From: Promethearchaeota archaeon
GTDB lineage: Archaea; Asgardarchaeota; Lokiarchaeia; Sigyniarchaeales; SOKP01
Length of the DNA: 64,000 bases
Assembly: GCA_048938855.1 (NCBI GenBank)
Contig: JBHLLT010000005.1
Span: 32,001-96,000, forward strand
Reading direction: 5' to 3'
Shown: positions 29,303-40,695 of the stretch, one piece after another
How the letters are laid out: every line of letters begins with the position of its first letter
How positions within the stretch are numbered: position 1 is the first letter of the stretch
The notes under the pieces: model-generated
What the model was told of the DNA's origin: nothing
The model's input: the letters and a program-made list of their open reading frames with translations, nothing else
Databases searched by the model: none
Translations under genes and position numbers: made by a program

Positions 29303-32169
29303 CTGAATTTTACTATCTTATTTTTTAGTTCAAGTAGTTTTTCTTTTAAAGATTTTGGAATATCAGATTCTATATTAATTTTATTAATTATGTCTCGTAA
29401 ATCCTCCAATTTTTCTTTGTTATTAATGGGAGCGAATAAACTTGTTTGAACATATTTCTTCTTTTTTGGAATTTTTTCTTTTTCAGCTTTAATATTCAGT
29501 TCTAATTCTTTAATATCTCTCTTTTTTTTCTCGAGATCTTTTTCTGTTCTAGTTAGATCTTCACTGCATTCTTTTAGTAATTGTGTTAAAGATTTCAATT
29601 CCACATTTAACTTTTCAAGTTCAGCTTTTTTTTCATTAATTAATTTATCATAATGCTTACTGGGTGATGTTGTTTCACCATTTTCTCTTACAGTTGTTCT
29701 AAATGGATCTTTTTCTTCTATCTGTTCAAGAATTTCAAATGCTCTAATTATAACATCATCTGGAATTCCAGCTAATTTTGCTACATGAATACCATAAGAT
29801 TTATCTGTACTCCCTTGTTTTAATGTTCGGACAAAATTGATGCTTCCATCTTCATTTTCAATGATATCTAAATGATAGTTCTTAACTCCTTGAAGATTAA
29901 TTTCTGTTAACTGATGATAATGGGTGCTAAATAGAGTTTTAACTCCTAAATCGTGTAGTTTTTCAAGAGTAGCCATCGCAATACTTTGCCCATCACTAGT
30001 GCTAGTTCCTCTCCCTAATTCGTCTATAATTATAAGGCTTCGAGGAGTAGCATAATTGAGAATTTTTGCGGTTTCAGTCATTTCAATCATAAAAGTGCTT
30101 AATTTTCTGGCAAGATCATCTGAAGCGCCTATTCGAGTAAAAATTTGATCAATTATTCCGATTGTGGCCGATTTTGCTGGAACAAAGCAGCCCATTTGGG
30201 TAATAATACATAATAAAGCCACTTGCCTAAGATATGTACTCTTACCTGCCATATTTGGACCAGTAATAATTAACAATTGATCAGTTTCGTTATCTAAATA
30301 ACAGTCATTAGGTATAAACTGTTCATCAAAATTAATCTGCTCGACAACGGGATGTCTACCCGCTTTAATTATAATTTTATTGCCATTATTTATTATTGGT
30401 TTACAATAATTATACTGCTCTGCAATTTCGGCAAAGCATGCTAAAACATCAATGATTGCTATATTATGAGCCGTCTCAAGAATGTTGATAGTTTCCTGTT
30501 CAACCTTCTCTCTAATGATGTTGAAAATTTCATATTCTAAATCGTTGATTTTTTCTTCTGCATTTAGGATTTTCTCTTCAAGTTCTTTCAATTTTTTTGT
30601 TGTATATCTTTTTGCATTTTTTAGTGTTGCTCTTTCAATATATTCTTCAGGAACATTTTTGATATTAGTCAGTGTTTTTAAGGTTATTTCGATATAGTAG
30701 CCGAGAATATTATTATACCTAACTTTTAAGCCAGTTGTTAAATTCCAAATTTTTTTTTGTGCTTGTTCATATTCAAGTATATATTTTTTCCCATTATCAA
30801 TAATATCTCTAAGTTCATCAACTTCGTCATTAAAGCCATTTTTAATGATATTTCCCTCTTTAATAGTAATAGGGGGATTGTCCTTAATGGAGATGCCAAT
30901 TAAATCTTTAACTTCATTAAAAGCTGAAATTTTTTTTAGGAAATCTGAAATTTCAGGGATTTCAGCCTTTTCTAATAATTCCTTAATTTTGGGAATTTCT
31001 TCTAAAGAATTTTTAATGTTTATTAAATCTCGAGCGTTTGTACGACCACTATAATTAATTCTATTAATAAATCTTTCAAGATCCCCGATCACTTTCAATT
31101 TTTCCCTTAAGTCTGATCTTAAAAAAATATCATCTTTAAATTTCTGAACTATATTAAGTCGCTGATTAATTTCATCAATATCAGTCAAAGGTTGTAGAAT
31201 AAATTTTTTTAACAAACGAGCTCCCATTGGAGTATGAGTGTGATTAAAAATAGAGTATAATGTTGAATCTTTTCCTCTCTCCCATAAAGAATTAATTAAT
31301 TCTAAGTTTCTTTGAGTGATATAATCTAGGTGAAGTATATTTTTTTCTTGAATTACACTAACTTTGAAAATATTTGGAATTACATCTCGCTGAGTATCTT
31401 TTAAAAAGGCTAGAAGTCCTCCAGCTGCCTGAACAGCCATTTCTTTCTCTTCTAGACCAAAACTATTTAAATTATTGATTTTAAAGTGGCGAGTAATTAA
31501 CGTATAAGCTTCCTCATATAAAAAAACATGTTCTTCATAAGATTTTATAATTGCATTGGTTAAATCTGTTAAAATTATAAAAAGTCTCTCATCTTTTTTT
31601 AAATCAGGAGGTGCTATTAGCTCAACAGGATCATACTGTGAAAATAAGCTAAGTAATTTTTCTTGTGGATCCTGCTCTTTAAATGAAAACTCTGTAGCAA
31701 TAAATTCACCTGTCGAAATATCAGCAAAAGCAACACCAAAACCATTTCTCTCTTTGACTATGGAAGAAATATAATTGTTTTCATTTGCTTTTAATAAATT
31801 GGGTTCTATTATTGTACCTGGGGAAAGTATACGTGTAACTCCCCGTTTTACGATTCTTCCTTTCACTGTAGCGGGATCTTCAAGTTGATCAACTATTACT
31901 AAAGTTTCACCGAAGTTCATTAAATTATTAAAATAATTATGACCGGCATGGTGTGGGATACCTGCTAGAGGAACATCTCCTCTTTTTGTAAGTGTTATTC
32001 CTAAAAGTTTTGAAATTCTCACAGCATCATCATAGAAAAATTCATAGAAATCGCCCATTCGGTAAGCAATAAGGTTTTCTGAATATTTTTTCTTAATACT
32101 ATACCAATGTTGAAGCATAGGTGTTAATTCTTTAAATTTAATATCCTTGAAAGTCATACTTTTGAGCAT
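29299..32169 (-). CDS. mutS: DNA mismatch repair protein MutS
   Basis: TPM, MGDFYEFF, GPNMAGKST, STFMIEM, DELGRGTS, SYGIHVA. Confidence 0.97.
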   Translation of the reverse strand: MLKSMTFKDIKFKELTPMLQHWYSIKKKYSENLIAYRMGDFYEFFYDDAVRISKLLGITLTKRGDVPLAGIPHHAGHNYFNNLMNFGETLVIVDQLEDPATVKGRIVKRGVTRILSPGTIIEPNLLKANENNYISSIVKERNGFGVAFADISTGEFIATEFSFKEQDPQEKLLSLFSQYDPVELIAPPDLKKDERLFIILTDLTNAIIKSYEEHVFLYEEAYTLITRHFKINNLNSFGLEEKEMAVQAAGGLLAFLKDTQRDVIPNIFKVSVIQEKNILHLDYITQRNLELINSLWERGKDSTLYSIFNHTHTPMGARLLKKFILQPLTDIDEINQRLNIVQKFKDDIFLRSDLREKLKVIGDLERFINRINYSGRTNARDLINIKNSLEEIPKIKELLEKAEIPEISDFLKKISAFNEVKDLIGISIKDNPPITIKEGNIIKNGFNDEVDELRDIIDNGKKYILEYEQAQKKIWNLTTGLKVRYNNILGYYIEITLKTLTNIKNVPEEYIERATLKNAKRYTTKKLKELEEKILNAEEKINDLEYEIFNIIREKVEQETINILETAHNIAIIDVLACFAEIAEQYNYCKPIINNGNKIIIKAGRHPVVEQINFDEQFIPNDCYLDNETDQLLIITGPNMAGKSTYLRQVALLCIITQMGCFVPAKSATIGIIDQIFTRIGASDDLARKLSTFMIEMTETAKILNYATPRSLIIIDELGRGTSTSDGQSIAMATLEKLHDLGVKTLFSTHYHQLTEINLQGVKNYHLDIIENEDGSINFVRTLKQGSTDKSYGIHVAKLAGIPDDVIIRAFEILEQIEEKDPFRTTVRENGETTSPSKHYDKLINEKKAELEKLNVELKSLTQLLKECSEDLTRTEKDLEKKKRDIKELELNIKAEKEKIPKKKKYVQTSLFAPINNKEKLEDLRDIINKINIESDIPKSLKEKLLELKNKIVKFS

Positions 32170-32463
32170 TAAGAATTTTAATCGAAATTTAGAATTAAAT
32201 GCTATAAGTGTCTTAGTTTTTTATTGAAAATATTACTATTTATTATATTTTTAATAATTTTTATTCCTATTCTAAATCCAAGGGGTTGTATCTAGAGTTT
32301 CTCTCCATAGTTCTGGCATATCAAATAAATCAGGATAAAATTTCTGAATTTCTGCGATCGCTTCTAAACAACCGGTTAATTTATGAGTATTATATCAAGA
32401 AATGAGTCAAGATTATATTTATTCATATCAAAAAGTTAAAATTTATTAAAATAAAAAAAGGGT

Positions 32464-35232
32464 TTATATTTTTAGAATTCGCTTTTCTAATGTTAAATCA
32501 TAAGCCTCTTTCATTGCTTCTTCATATATATCAATTTTGTATCTACTATGGAATGGACTAATTTTACTACCAAGTTTAGCTAATCTATACATTGTTTTTG
32601 GGAAAGCCCTAATTCCTCTGGTAGTCACCAAGGAAGTTGCTCTTTGGAACTCTTCTAATGTATTGTCATCATACCCCCCTAATAATCCATCTAAGAAAGC
32701 ATAGAAGAAGATAAAAACAAAGATACCCAATATGAACAGTATAGCGGTGTTAATGATTTTATCTCCAAGAGGAAGTGTCCAGATTAACTCACCTAAATAG
32801 TATAATACAACAAAATTTATAATCGCTGAAAGAACCGGAGTTATAAACGTTTTAAATGGATACAGTTTAAATTTAATTATTTTTTTTCTGACAATCCACC
32901 ATCCTATTACATCCTTTATAAATACAGCCGGAATGTAGGCGATTATTACAAGCACCATGTCTCTAAATAGAATAACAAATAGAAACATAAGTAATGCTCG
33001 AGTCGTTTGTTCAATAATCCACACCACCATGGCATAATTCGTATGCCCTGTACCTTGAAATACAGGATCAACTAACCAAGAGTATATTCCACCTGCATGG
33101 AAAAATAGTAATGGTATTAAGAACTTAACCGCAGGAGCACCGTACTCTTCACCAGCAGCTCCAACTAAAAATTTAGCTCCAGTCGCAAATAAAACAGAAA
33201 TTATGAAAAAAGCAAAATAGTTCCCCCATCTGAAAGCTTGATATATATATAATTTTGTAAGGGTTTTTTTATTATGAGAAAAAGATTCGCTATATGCCCC
33301 TAATAACGTATTCGAGTATAGAGATACAAGTTGAACAATTAATCCTAGTGTCCAGGTAAGATTAAACCAACCTAAATTATTAGAATAGTTTGCTACAAAG
33401 GTAGATGTAATTATTACTTGTATAAACCATCCTATCTGTACAAAACCTTCTCCTATCCCTAATCTTGAACCATACACTAGAGATTCTTTAACTTCTTCTT
33501 TAGAGAAATCAATTCTAAAACACGTTTTAGGTGAAAATCCCTGTTTTCTAAAAATTAAAATGGATATTAAAAATGTCATCCAGAAATCAAAGCACCTTGC
33601 TATAGCATATCCAATTCCCGCCCCTAAAGCTTCACCAAAAATAGGATTAGCAGCTCCCCATAACCGCCCAATGTAACAGAACGTAACTTGACCTACCAAT
33701 AAAAATACTACTTCCCAAGCAATATACAATATTAAGTAATAATCGGAACGTTGCATTCCTTGAAAAGTATACATGAATACTAAAAATACACCGGGATATT
33801 GTACAAAAGAATACACCACAAAAATCCAGCTCATGTGAGCAAGATTGGTATAAGGGAATATTATTGACCCAATAAACGCTATTAATGATATTTGAATAAT
33901 TCCAGTAAATATTTGCCACCATACATAAATTTGGATGTAATGAATTGCTTTTCTTGGATTGTTAACCCGATGTTGGGCAAAATATTTAGCTAATGCAAAA
34001 CTCGTTCCAAAGTCAAATAAAACCCATATGATTTGAAAGAAATTGTATGCATAATTATACCAACCCGCTGCTTGTGGATAAGGTTGTATAAATTGAGGCA
34101 TAATGTAATTTGAAACTAATAATTGTGGTAAAACTAAAATTAATCCTAAGAATAGTGTAAAAAGAAATCCACCTAATTGACGATGAACTCCTATTACTTC
34201 CCAATCATCTTTCAAATCTACGTGTTCTTCCAGTTTTTTCTCCAATGCTTCTGCTTCTTCTAATTTCTTTTTTTCTTCCTCTTCCGCTTTTAGTTTTAAA
34301 GTCTCGATAGCTTCTTGATCTATGGCAGTCCTTGATCTTTTTTTGACAACAATGAATAAACCAATCGCTAACACAGCTAAAATCGCAATAATTATTCCTA
34401 TTATTATTTGGTCTAAAAGATGAGGAACTGGTGAATAAGGCCATACTGGATAGATTTGATAAGATGAGGATAAACTTTCAAAGATTAAACCATATAATAG
34501 ATAATTAAAATAAGGCCACACTTTAAAATCTAAATTCGCATTAGCTTCTAACCATCCTGAAAACAATATTACTTTCCCGCTTCCTTTTGTTCTTTCTATC
34601 ATAAGAGGTTGTCGATATAAGTCAATTTGTAAGTTTTTTGATGCTGGATAAACATCAACCATTCTTTTCACAGAGGAATTTAAACTAGCTATTGGAATTA
34701 TCGTCATATTATTAACTTTCATCTCAGGAGCGGAATTCCAATCTATATTCTTAGAAATTGAATAAGAAGCATTATTTACAATTGAAAGCATAATTTCTTG
34801 GTTCTTACTCTTTTCCGCTTCAAATAATGCGTTGTCTATTAAACCAAGCTCCTCCAATAAGGTAGCATTCTCATGTAAATTTTGACCCATAAAAATTATA
34901 ACAGATCCTCCTGTATTAACAAAATTAGATATAATTTGTTGTTCTGAAGAATTAAATTGAACATCGAATAGAATAATGGTTTCAATCCAAGAGCCAATGG
35001 ATACTAATGGTTCACTATCAGAAATAGTTGAGATATTAAAATTTTCCTTATCAATCCCAAGACTCTGAGCAAACAAACTATCGTTTCCTTTGCTGATAAA
35101 TAATATGTTTTTTGCCTCTGTTGCTTGAGCGAAAGATGGTTTTATCAAAAAAAATACAAAGATATTGCTAGCTAGTAATACTAGTAAGCTAATTACTAAT
35201 ATTTTTGAGATTTTGTGGTTAGATTTTGACAT
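32464..35232 (-). CDS. MOP/MATE-like flippase fused to a large extracellular N-terminal domain
   Basis: Signal peptide, about 240-aa soluble domain, TM, charged coil, then about 12-14 TM with FDFGT..ALAKYFA. Confidence 0.65.
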   Translation of the reverse strand: MSKSNHKISKILVISLLVLLASNIFVFFLIKPSFAQATEAKNILFISKGNDSLFAQSLGIDKENFNISTISDSEPLVSIGSWIETIILFDVQFNSSEQQIISNFVNTGGSVIIFMGQNLHENATLLEELGLIDNALFEAEKSKNQEIMLSIVNNASYSISKNIDWNSAPEMKVNNMTIIPIASLNSSVKRMVDVYPASKNLQIDLYRQPLMIERTKGSGKVILFSGWLEANANLDFKVWPYFNYLLYGLIFESLSSSYQIYPVWPYSPVPHLLDQIIIGIIIAILAVLAIGLFIVVKKRSRTAIDQEAIETLKLKAEEEEKKKLEEAEALEKKLEEHVDLKDDWEVIGVHRQLGGFLFTLFLGLILVLPQLLVSNYIMPQFIQPYPQAAGWYNYAYNFFQIIWVLFDFGTSFALAKYFAQHRVNNPRKAIHYIQIYVWWQIFTGIIQISLIAFIGSIIFPYTNLAHMSWIFVVYSFVQYPGVFLVFMYTFQGMQRSDYYLILYIAWEVVFLLVGQVTFCYIGRLWGAANPIFGEALGAGIGYAIARCFDFWMTFLISILIFRKQGFSPKTCFRIDFSKEEVKESLVYGSRLGIGEGFVQIGWFIQVIITSTFVANYSNNLGWFNLTWTLGLIVQLVSLYSNTLLGAYSESFSHNKKTLTKLYIYQAFRWGNYFAFFIISVLFATGAKFLVGAAGEEYGAPAVKFLIPLLFFHAGGIYSWLVDPVFQGTGHTNYAMVVWIIEQTTRALLMFLFVILFRDMVLVIIAYIPAVFIKDVIGWWIVRKKIIKFKLYPFKTFITPVLSAIINFVVLYYLGELIWTLPLGDKIINTAILFILGIFVFIFFYAFLDGLLGGYDDNTLEEFQRATSLVTTRGIRAFPKTMYRLAKLGSKISPFHSRYKIDIYEEAMKEAYDLTLEKRILKI

Positions 35233-35306
35233 TTATATCAATATTATTTAATTAAATTCAATAAATAGTAATGAAATATCACATTATTTATAACTTTATT
35301 ATTATT

Positions 35307-36152
35307 TTATAAATGCTTCTGGAGCCATACGTACATATCTTGATATACTTGAGCTCTATTTTTTTCATTCCACAAATCATGCAAGAAATCGGCATATTCT
35401 TTATAGGTTTTATCACTACTTCTAGCCTTATCAAAGAATTCTTTAGTTTTTGAAGAGTCTGCTATTTTGTCTGAACCCGATTGCATGATTAAGGTTGGAC
35501 AGAGTAGATTTGATGCATTATCCATTGCCCATTTTGAAAATTGATCAATATCCGTTGCAGATTTTGCAGACATGACGTTAATCTTGTTTTTATCTGCAAT
35601 ATACTCTCTTAATATTTTTAAATCACTTGTTAATTGATTTTGATCAACGTTATAGTCTAACATTTTATTAGGTGACAATTTAGTAATAGTTTTAGATATA
35701 GATTTTATTACTTTTTTACCCAATGATAACTTTAAGTACATTCCTAATAACGGAGATGAAACTAATACTCCTGATAAATTCGGATGATGAATAGCAAAAA
35801 CTAGACTAATTAAACCCCCAAACGAATGACCCATCATAAAGATTTTTTTCTCATTCGCAATGGTTTTGATGAAATCCATAAAAAGAAGAATATCTTTTAA
35901 GATGTGATCCACACTGTCAATATGACCAGGTATATTCCCTGTATTTTTCCCATGCCCTCTTAAATCAAAAGCATAAATAGCATATCCATTTCCAGTCAAA
36001 TATTCTGAAACGTTTTTTAATCTGTCAGAACTAGTTCCCCAACCATGGAGAGCTATAATATATGCCTTAATTTCTCCAGTATCCGGTAGCCAACATTGAT
36101 AGAATAATTTTTTCAATTCTCTTCCTTCAAAAATTCCTGTTTCATTTTTCAT
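35307..36152 (-). CDS. Lysophospholipase/monoglyceride lipase (alpha/beta hydrolase)
   Basis: LHG, DLRGHG, GHSFGG, D..H. Confidence 0.88.
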   Translation of the reverse strand: MKNETGIFEGRELKKLFYQCWLPDTGEIKAYIIALHGWGTSSDRLKNVSEYLTGNGYAIYAFDLRGHGKNTGNIPGHIDSVDHILKDILLFMDFIKTIANEKKIFMMGHSFGGLISLVFAIHHPNLSGVLVSSPLLGMYLKLSLGKKVIKSISKTITKLSPNKMLDYNVDQNQLTSDLKILREYIADKNKINVMSAKSATDIDQFSKWAMDNASNLLCPTLIMQSGSDKIADSSKTKEFFDKARSSDKTYKEYADFLHDLWNEKNRAQVYQDMYVWLQKHL

Positions 36153-36358
36153 ATTACAATCACATAGACTTTAGAAAACCTTATTTTTGATTTATTGAAT
36201 TATAATCTCTTTTTCTTATAAATATTATTTCATTTAATAAATTGACAATCAAATTAACTTTTTTTAAAGTTAACCTACAAAGAAATATAAAAAAATTTTA
36301 TATTGTTCGGTAAACTTCATAATAAATAATATTTAACCAATTTTCTTCATTTTGAAAT

Positions 36359-36946
36359 ATGATTGAATCAGAAAATATTGAAATTATCATCCATGGGCGA
36401 GGAGGTCAGGGAGCGGTGACCGCCTGTGAGATTATCGCAGAGGCTGCTTATTTAAGTGGAAATTTTGTTGATGTACATGCATATCCTTCATTTGGAGCAG
36501 AAAGACGGGGTGCTCCCGTGCAAGCATTTGCAAAACTCTCTCGAACTGAGACTATTTGGGATAGAGCACAGATAGAGCGACCAAATGTTCTCATTGTATT
36601 TGATGAAACTGTACTGAATCAAGAAATTGTTTCTTCCCTTAGAGAAGGTGGGATATTTATTATTAATTCTGATAAAGACCCTGAATTTTTTATTACTAAG
36701 TTCAATATAAGCGGAGATACAAAAATAGTTGTGGCTGATATAAGCAACTTAGCAATTGAAAAAGATTTAACTATAGAGGGAAATCCAGTAATTAATACAC
36801 CCATTCTGGGTCTACTTTCAAAAGCTTTACCTGATCTTTATTTAGAAAATTTAAAATCTGTAGTTCTTAAACGCATGGGAGAAAAATTGGGCAAAATAAA
36901 CTATGAATTGATTGAGCAAGGATATAATTTAGCAAAAATTAAGTGA
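36359..36946 (+). CDS. porG: 2-oxoacid:ferredoxin oxidoreductase gamma subunit
   Basis: HGRGGQGAVT, FGAERRGAPV, INTPILG. Confidence 0.92.
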   Translation: MIESENIEIIIHGRGGQGAVTACEIIAEAAYLSGNFVDVHAYPSFGAERRGAPVQAFAKLSRTETIWDRAQIERPNVLIVFDETVLNQEIVSSLREGGIFIINSDKDPEFFITKFNISGDTKIVVADISNLAIEKDLTIEGNPVINTPILGLLSKALPDLYLENLKSVVLKRMGEKLGKINYELIEQGYNLAKIK

Positions 36947-36951
36947 TATTT

Positions 36952-39900
36952 TTATTTAGAGTGTAATGAATTGTATGGTAATTTTACAATAAACGAACTA
37001 CCCATATTTCTACCTTCTGATTCTGCCCTAATTGTCCCTCCATGTAAATTCACAATTTCTTTTGAGATAAATAGTCCCAATCCCGAACCTTGAATATTGA
37101 TATATTCTAATCCATTTCCATATCTTTCTAATTTTCCAAATCTAGTAAAAAGAATATTCATTTCATCTGTTGTTAATCCTATTCCTGTATCAGATACAGA
37201 GATTTCCACCCAATTATCTATTTTCTTTAGTCTAACAGTAATATTTCCGTTAGGAGGTGTGTTCTTTATAGCATTAGATAAAAGATTTAGTATAACTTGT
37301 TCCATTCTTATTCTATCAATTTCTAAATATAAACTATCCGCAATGTCAAGTTTTAAAGTTAGATCTCGCCTTCTTATGAGGTACATTAATTCTTTTATAC
37401 ACTCTTTTATTATTTGGCTGAAATCATATAAATCTTTTTCCAATTTGAATTTCTGATATTCTATGCGTGTTATATCAACCAAATTATCGACTAAATATTT
37501 CAACCGTTTTCCTCCTTTTTCAATCATCTCAATAAGCTCTTTTGGCTCATCTTTAAATTGATCAATAAAAGAATCTAAAAGAAGTTCGGCAGCTCCACAA
37601 ACAGAAACCAAAGGAGTTTTCAATTCATGAGAGACTCGTGAAATTAAATCCTTTCTTATTTGATCTAATTCTTTTAATTTGATAATTTCTTCTTCTATAA
37701 GGAGATCGGCTTGTTTTTGTTCAGTTATATCATTTATAACTGTCTGTAATAAAATTTCATTACCTAATTTGACTAGAGATGATTGGTATTCTATCCAAAT
37801 TAAACTCCCATTTTTTTTATATAATTGCATTTCTAATGGAGGTAGAATTTCACCCAATAAAACCCTTCGAAATCGTTTTAACAATATTGGTACATAATCA
37901 GGATGAATTGCTGGAAGATCTTTAAACTTGAATCCAACTAATTCATCTCGACGAAATCCCAACATTTTTTCAATAGAGGGATTACAATAAACAATTTTTC
38001 CCAATTTATCAATTAAAGCTATTGAAAATGGGACAGATTCAATTAAATTTCTATATCTTAATTCTGATTCCTTTAACTTCTTTTCCAATTCAAATTTCTC
38101 TGTAATGTCTGAAATTACTCCCTGTATTAGAACTGGAATGGCTTCATTTTTTCTGATTATATGAGAGTTTATTTGTACAACTATTTTTTCACCATTTTTC
38201 TTTACTGCATTGACTATATAATTTTTAACGAAACCTTTATTTTTTAATTCCGTTAAATAAACTTCTCGTTCCTCTGGTTTTTGCCAAAATTCATGGATAT
38301 CCTTATTTATTAAATCTTCAGAGGAATCATATCCCAATATCTCACAAAATCTAGGATTATGGTTTACCAACAATCCTTCCCAATTTAGTTGATAAAATCC
38401 TAAATCTAAATGGTTAATCATATTCCGATATTTTTCCTCTGATTCTTTCAGTTTTTGTTCTGTTTTTTTTCGCTCTTCAGTTACTCGCGTAATTAAAAGA
38501 ATTTTTAACTCTTCATTTTTATCTTTAATTGCTGATCCACTGGTTTCTGTCCAAACATACCTCCCATCTTTATTCTTTATTCTTGCCTCAACAAATCCGC
38601 CTCTGGACTTGAAAGATTTTACAAATTCTCGTAAAACAATTTCCCGATCATCTGGATGGATCAAATCGAGTCCTTTTCTTCCAATAACATCATCTTCGAC
38701 ATATCCCATTACTCTTTTATGAACTTGTTCATTTATATATTCGATTTTCATCTTTGTATCTGTTATAGTGATTAAATCATTAGCATTTTCTGAAATAATT
38801 CGATATTTTTCCTCGGATTCTCTCAATTTTTGCTCTGCAATTTTACGATTGGTAATATCATTAATAAAAGCAAAGGATCCCTTAAACTCTCCACTTTCAT
38901 TAAAAATTGGAGCGGCATTTATACTTGTACTTAATAGTGTTCCATCTTTTTTTATAAGATCAAGTTCATAAGTATCCTTAAACCCCTTTTCCCTTCGTTT
39001 TCGATAGCTGTCGATTAATTCTATCATTGAATCCTTTAAAAATAAATGTAGACTTTTCCCCATTAACTCCTCTCTAGTATATCCCAGCATTTCGCACAAT
39101 TTTGGATTAACAAAGATGGTAATGTCGTTTTTATCCACTGCCCACACACCTTCATGGGCATTTTCTACTAAATTCCTATACTTTTCTTCAGATTCTTTTA
39201 ATTTCTGCTGAGTTTCTTTTTGTGCTGATATATCCATTAGTACAATTTGAATGAATTCGTTCGTTCCAATTCTAATCTTTGATGCTGTAGCAGAATTCCA
39301 TATTACTGGACCTATTGTACGATGGATTGGAAATTCAAAATTTAAAGTCTTCCCAGTTTTAATTAATTCAGTAAATATTTTGTTAAATAAATCAATTAAA
39401 GGTTTTTCCTTATCATTGTAGGACCAAAACACTCTATAGTTTTTTCCAACATAATCTTCTAACGTATGGGTAGATAATAAGGTATTTGAGGCACTATTGC
39501 AATCTAATAAATTACCTTCTAAATCAAATAAACCTATAGGATATGGAGCTTTATTGAACAATTGATAAAACTTCTCTTCTGATTCCATTAATTTTTTTTC
39601 AGCTGATTTTCGTTCAGTAATATCTATTACAGTGACTAAATTTGCTGATCTTCCCTTGTATAAAATTGTTTTCGAAAAGTTTTCTAACCAAATTGTTTCA
39701 CCTGTTTTTTTAATTAAACGATATTGATAATAATGTTTAACATCTTTTGCTCCAGCTTGTTTTTTTCTTGCTTGTTCTACAACCCAGCCTCTATCTTCAA
39801 AATGAATTACATTTACAAACCATCCAGGTTCCCAATTCTTTACTTCTTCAACCGTGTAACCTATTAAATCAGCCAATTTTTGATTCATATATTTGATTAA

Positions 39901-40401
39901 ATCATCTTGAATAATACATATACCTAATAAAGACTGATCGGTAATTGGACGATATATTTCTTCTGATTCTCTTAATTCTTGAGTTTTTAAATTGATTATT
40001 TGTTCTAATTCTTTTCTATACTTTATTTCTTCCTCTCTTTTTTTAGTTATATCACGAAATAACCCATAAAATCCGACTTTATTCCCATTAGAATCATGTT
40101 TTAAATAGACAGAAGTTTCACCAATAACTTTTTCTCCCGCTTTATTCTTAAATTGATATTCAAAATCATTTAGTGGGACTCCAGTATTGTAAACAGAATT
40201 AAATCCATCATACACTATCTTACTGTTTTCTTCATCAGCGATACTTTTATAAGATAATCCTAATAGTTCTTCTCTTGAATAACCTGTGAGTCTACATAAT
40301 GAATCATTAAAAAAGGTAAAATTGCCTTTTAAATCAACTTCGAAATAAGCCTCATTAATGTTCTCAATTATTAATAGAAATTTATCTTTGGAAAATTCCA
40401 A
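36952..40401 (-). CDS. Cytoplasmic sensor histidine kinase with 7 PAS domains
   Basis: Seven PAS/PAC units linked by DIT..ESEEKY; SHELKTP, NLLSNAIK, DTGIG, GSGLGL. Confidence 0.95.
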   Translation of the reverse strand: MEFSKDKFLLIIENINEAYFEVDLKGNFTFFNDSLCRLTGYSREELLGLSYKSIADEENSKIVYDGFNSVYNTGVPLNDFEYQFKNKAGEKVIGETSVYLKHDSNGNKVGFYGLFRDITKKREEEIKYRKELEQIINLKTQELRESEEIYRPITDQSLLGICIIQDDLIKYMNQKLADLIGYTVEEVKNWEPGWFVNVIHFEDRGWVVEQARKKQAGAKDVKHYYQYRLIKKTGETIWLENFSKTILYKGRSANLVTVIDITERKSAEKKLMESEEKFYQLFNKAPYPIGLFDLEGNLLDCNSASNTLLSTHTLEDYVGKNYRVFWSYNDKEKPLIDLFNKIFTELIKTGKTLNFEFPIHRTIGPVIWNSATASKIRIGTNEFIQIVLMDISAQKETQQKLKESEEKYRNLVENAHEGVWAVDKNDITIFVNPKLCEMLGYTREELMGKSLHLFLKDSMIELIDSYRKRREKGFKDTYELDLIKKDGTLLSTSINAAPIFNESGEFKGSFAFINDITNRKIAEQKLRESEEKYRIISENANDLITITDTKMKIEYINEQVHKRVMGYVEDDVIGRKGLDLIHPDDREIVLREFVKSFKSRGGFVEARIKNKDGRYVWTETSGSAIKDKNEELKILLITRVTEERKKTEQKLKESEEKYRNMINHLDLGFYQLNWEGLLVNHNPRFCEILGYDSSEDLINKDIHEFWQKPEEREVYLTELKNKGFVKNYIVNAVKKNGEKIVVQINSHIIRKNEAIPVLIQGVISDITEKFELEKKLKESELRYRNLIESVPFSIALIDKLGKIVYCNPSIEKMLGFRRDELVGFKFKDLPAIHPDYVPILLKRFRRVLLGEILPPLEMQLYKKNGSLIWIEYQSSLVKLGNEILLQTVINDITEQKQADLLIEEEIIKLKELDQIRKDLISRVSHELKTPLVSVCGAAELLLDSFIDQFKDEPKELIEMIEKGGKRLKYLVDNLVDITRIEYQKFKLEKDLYDFSQIIKECIKELMYLIRRRDLTLKLDIADSLYLEIDRIRMEQVILNLLSNAIKNTPPNGNITVRLKKIDNWVEISVSDTGIGLTTDEMNILFTRFGKLERYGNGLEYINIQGSGLGLFISKEIVNLHGGTIRAESEGRNMGSSFIVKLPYNSLHSK

Positions 40402-40695
40402 TTTTAACCCTTACCTGCTATTTTTTTGATTCTTATTGAAAAAATGCGACTAAAGATAGAAGTGGTAACTTTTTACTATAGGTTTAATAAAATATTTAGT
40501 ATTTAATTTTAATTTAAAAAGCAATTTTTCCATTATACTTGAAATTCTATACTTATCTTAATAATTTTAAAGCTAATCTTAATAAACTAAGTTAAACTTG
40601 CTGTACTCTTTTATTTTTATAAATGGTAAGAATTAAAAACTTACGTACGTTTGATTCCATACAGAATCTCATTTATAACTACTTTTGATGTATAG

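Noticed and set aside
38000-40000. Recurring gattc/ESEEKY repeats in the kinase gene
   Set aside because: Ordinary PAS linker helices
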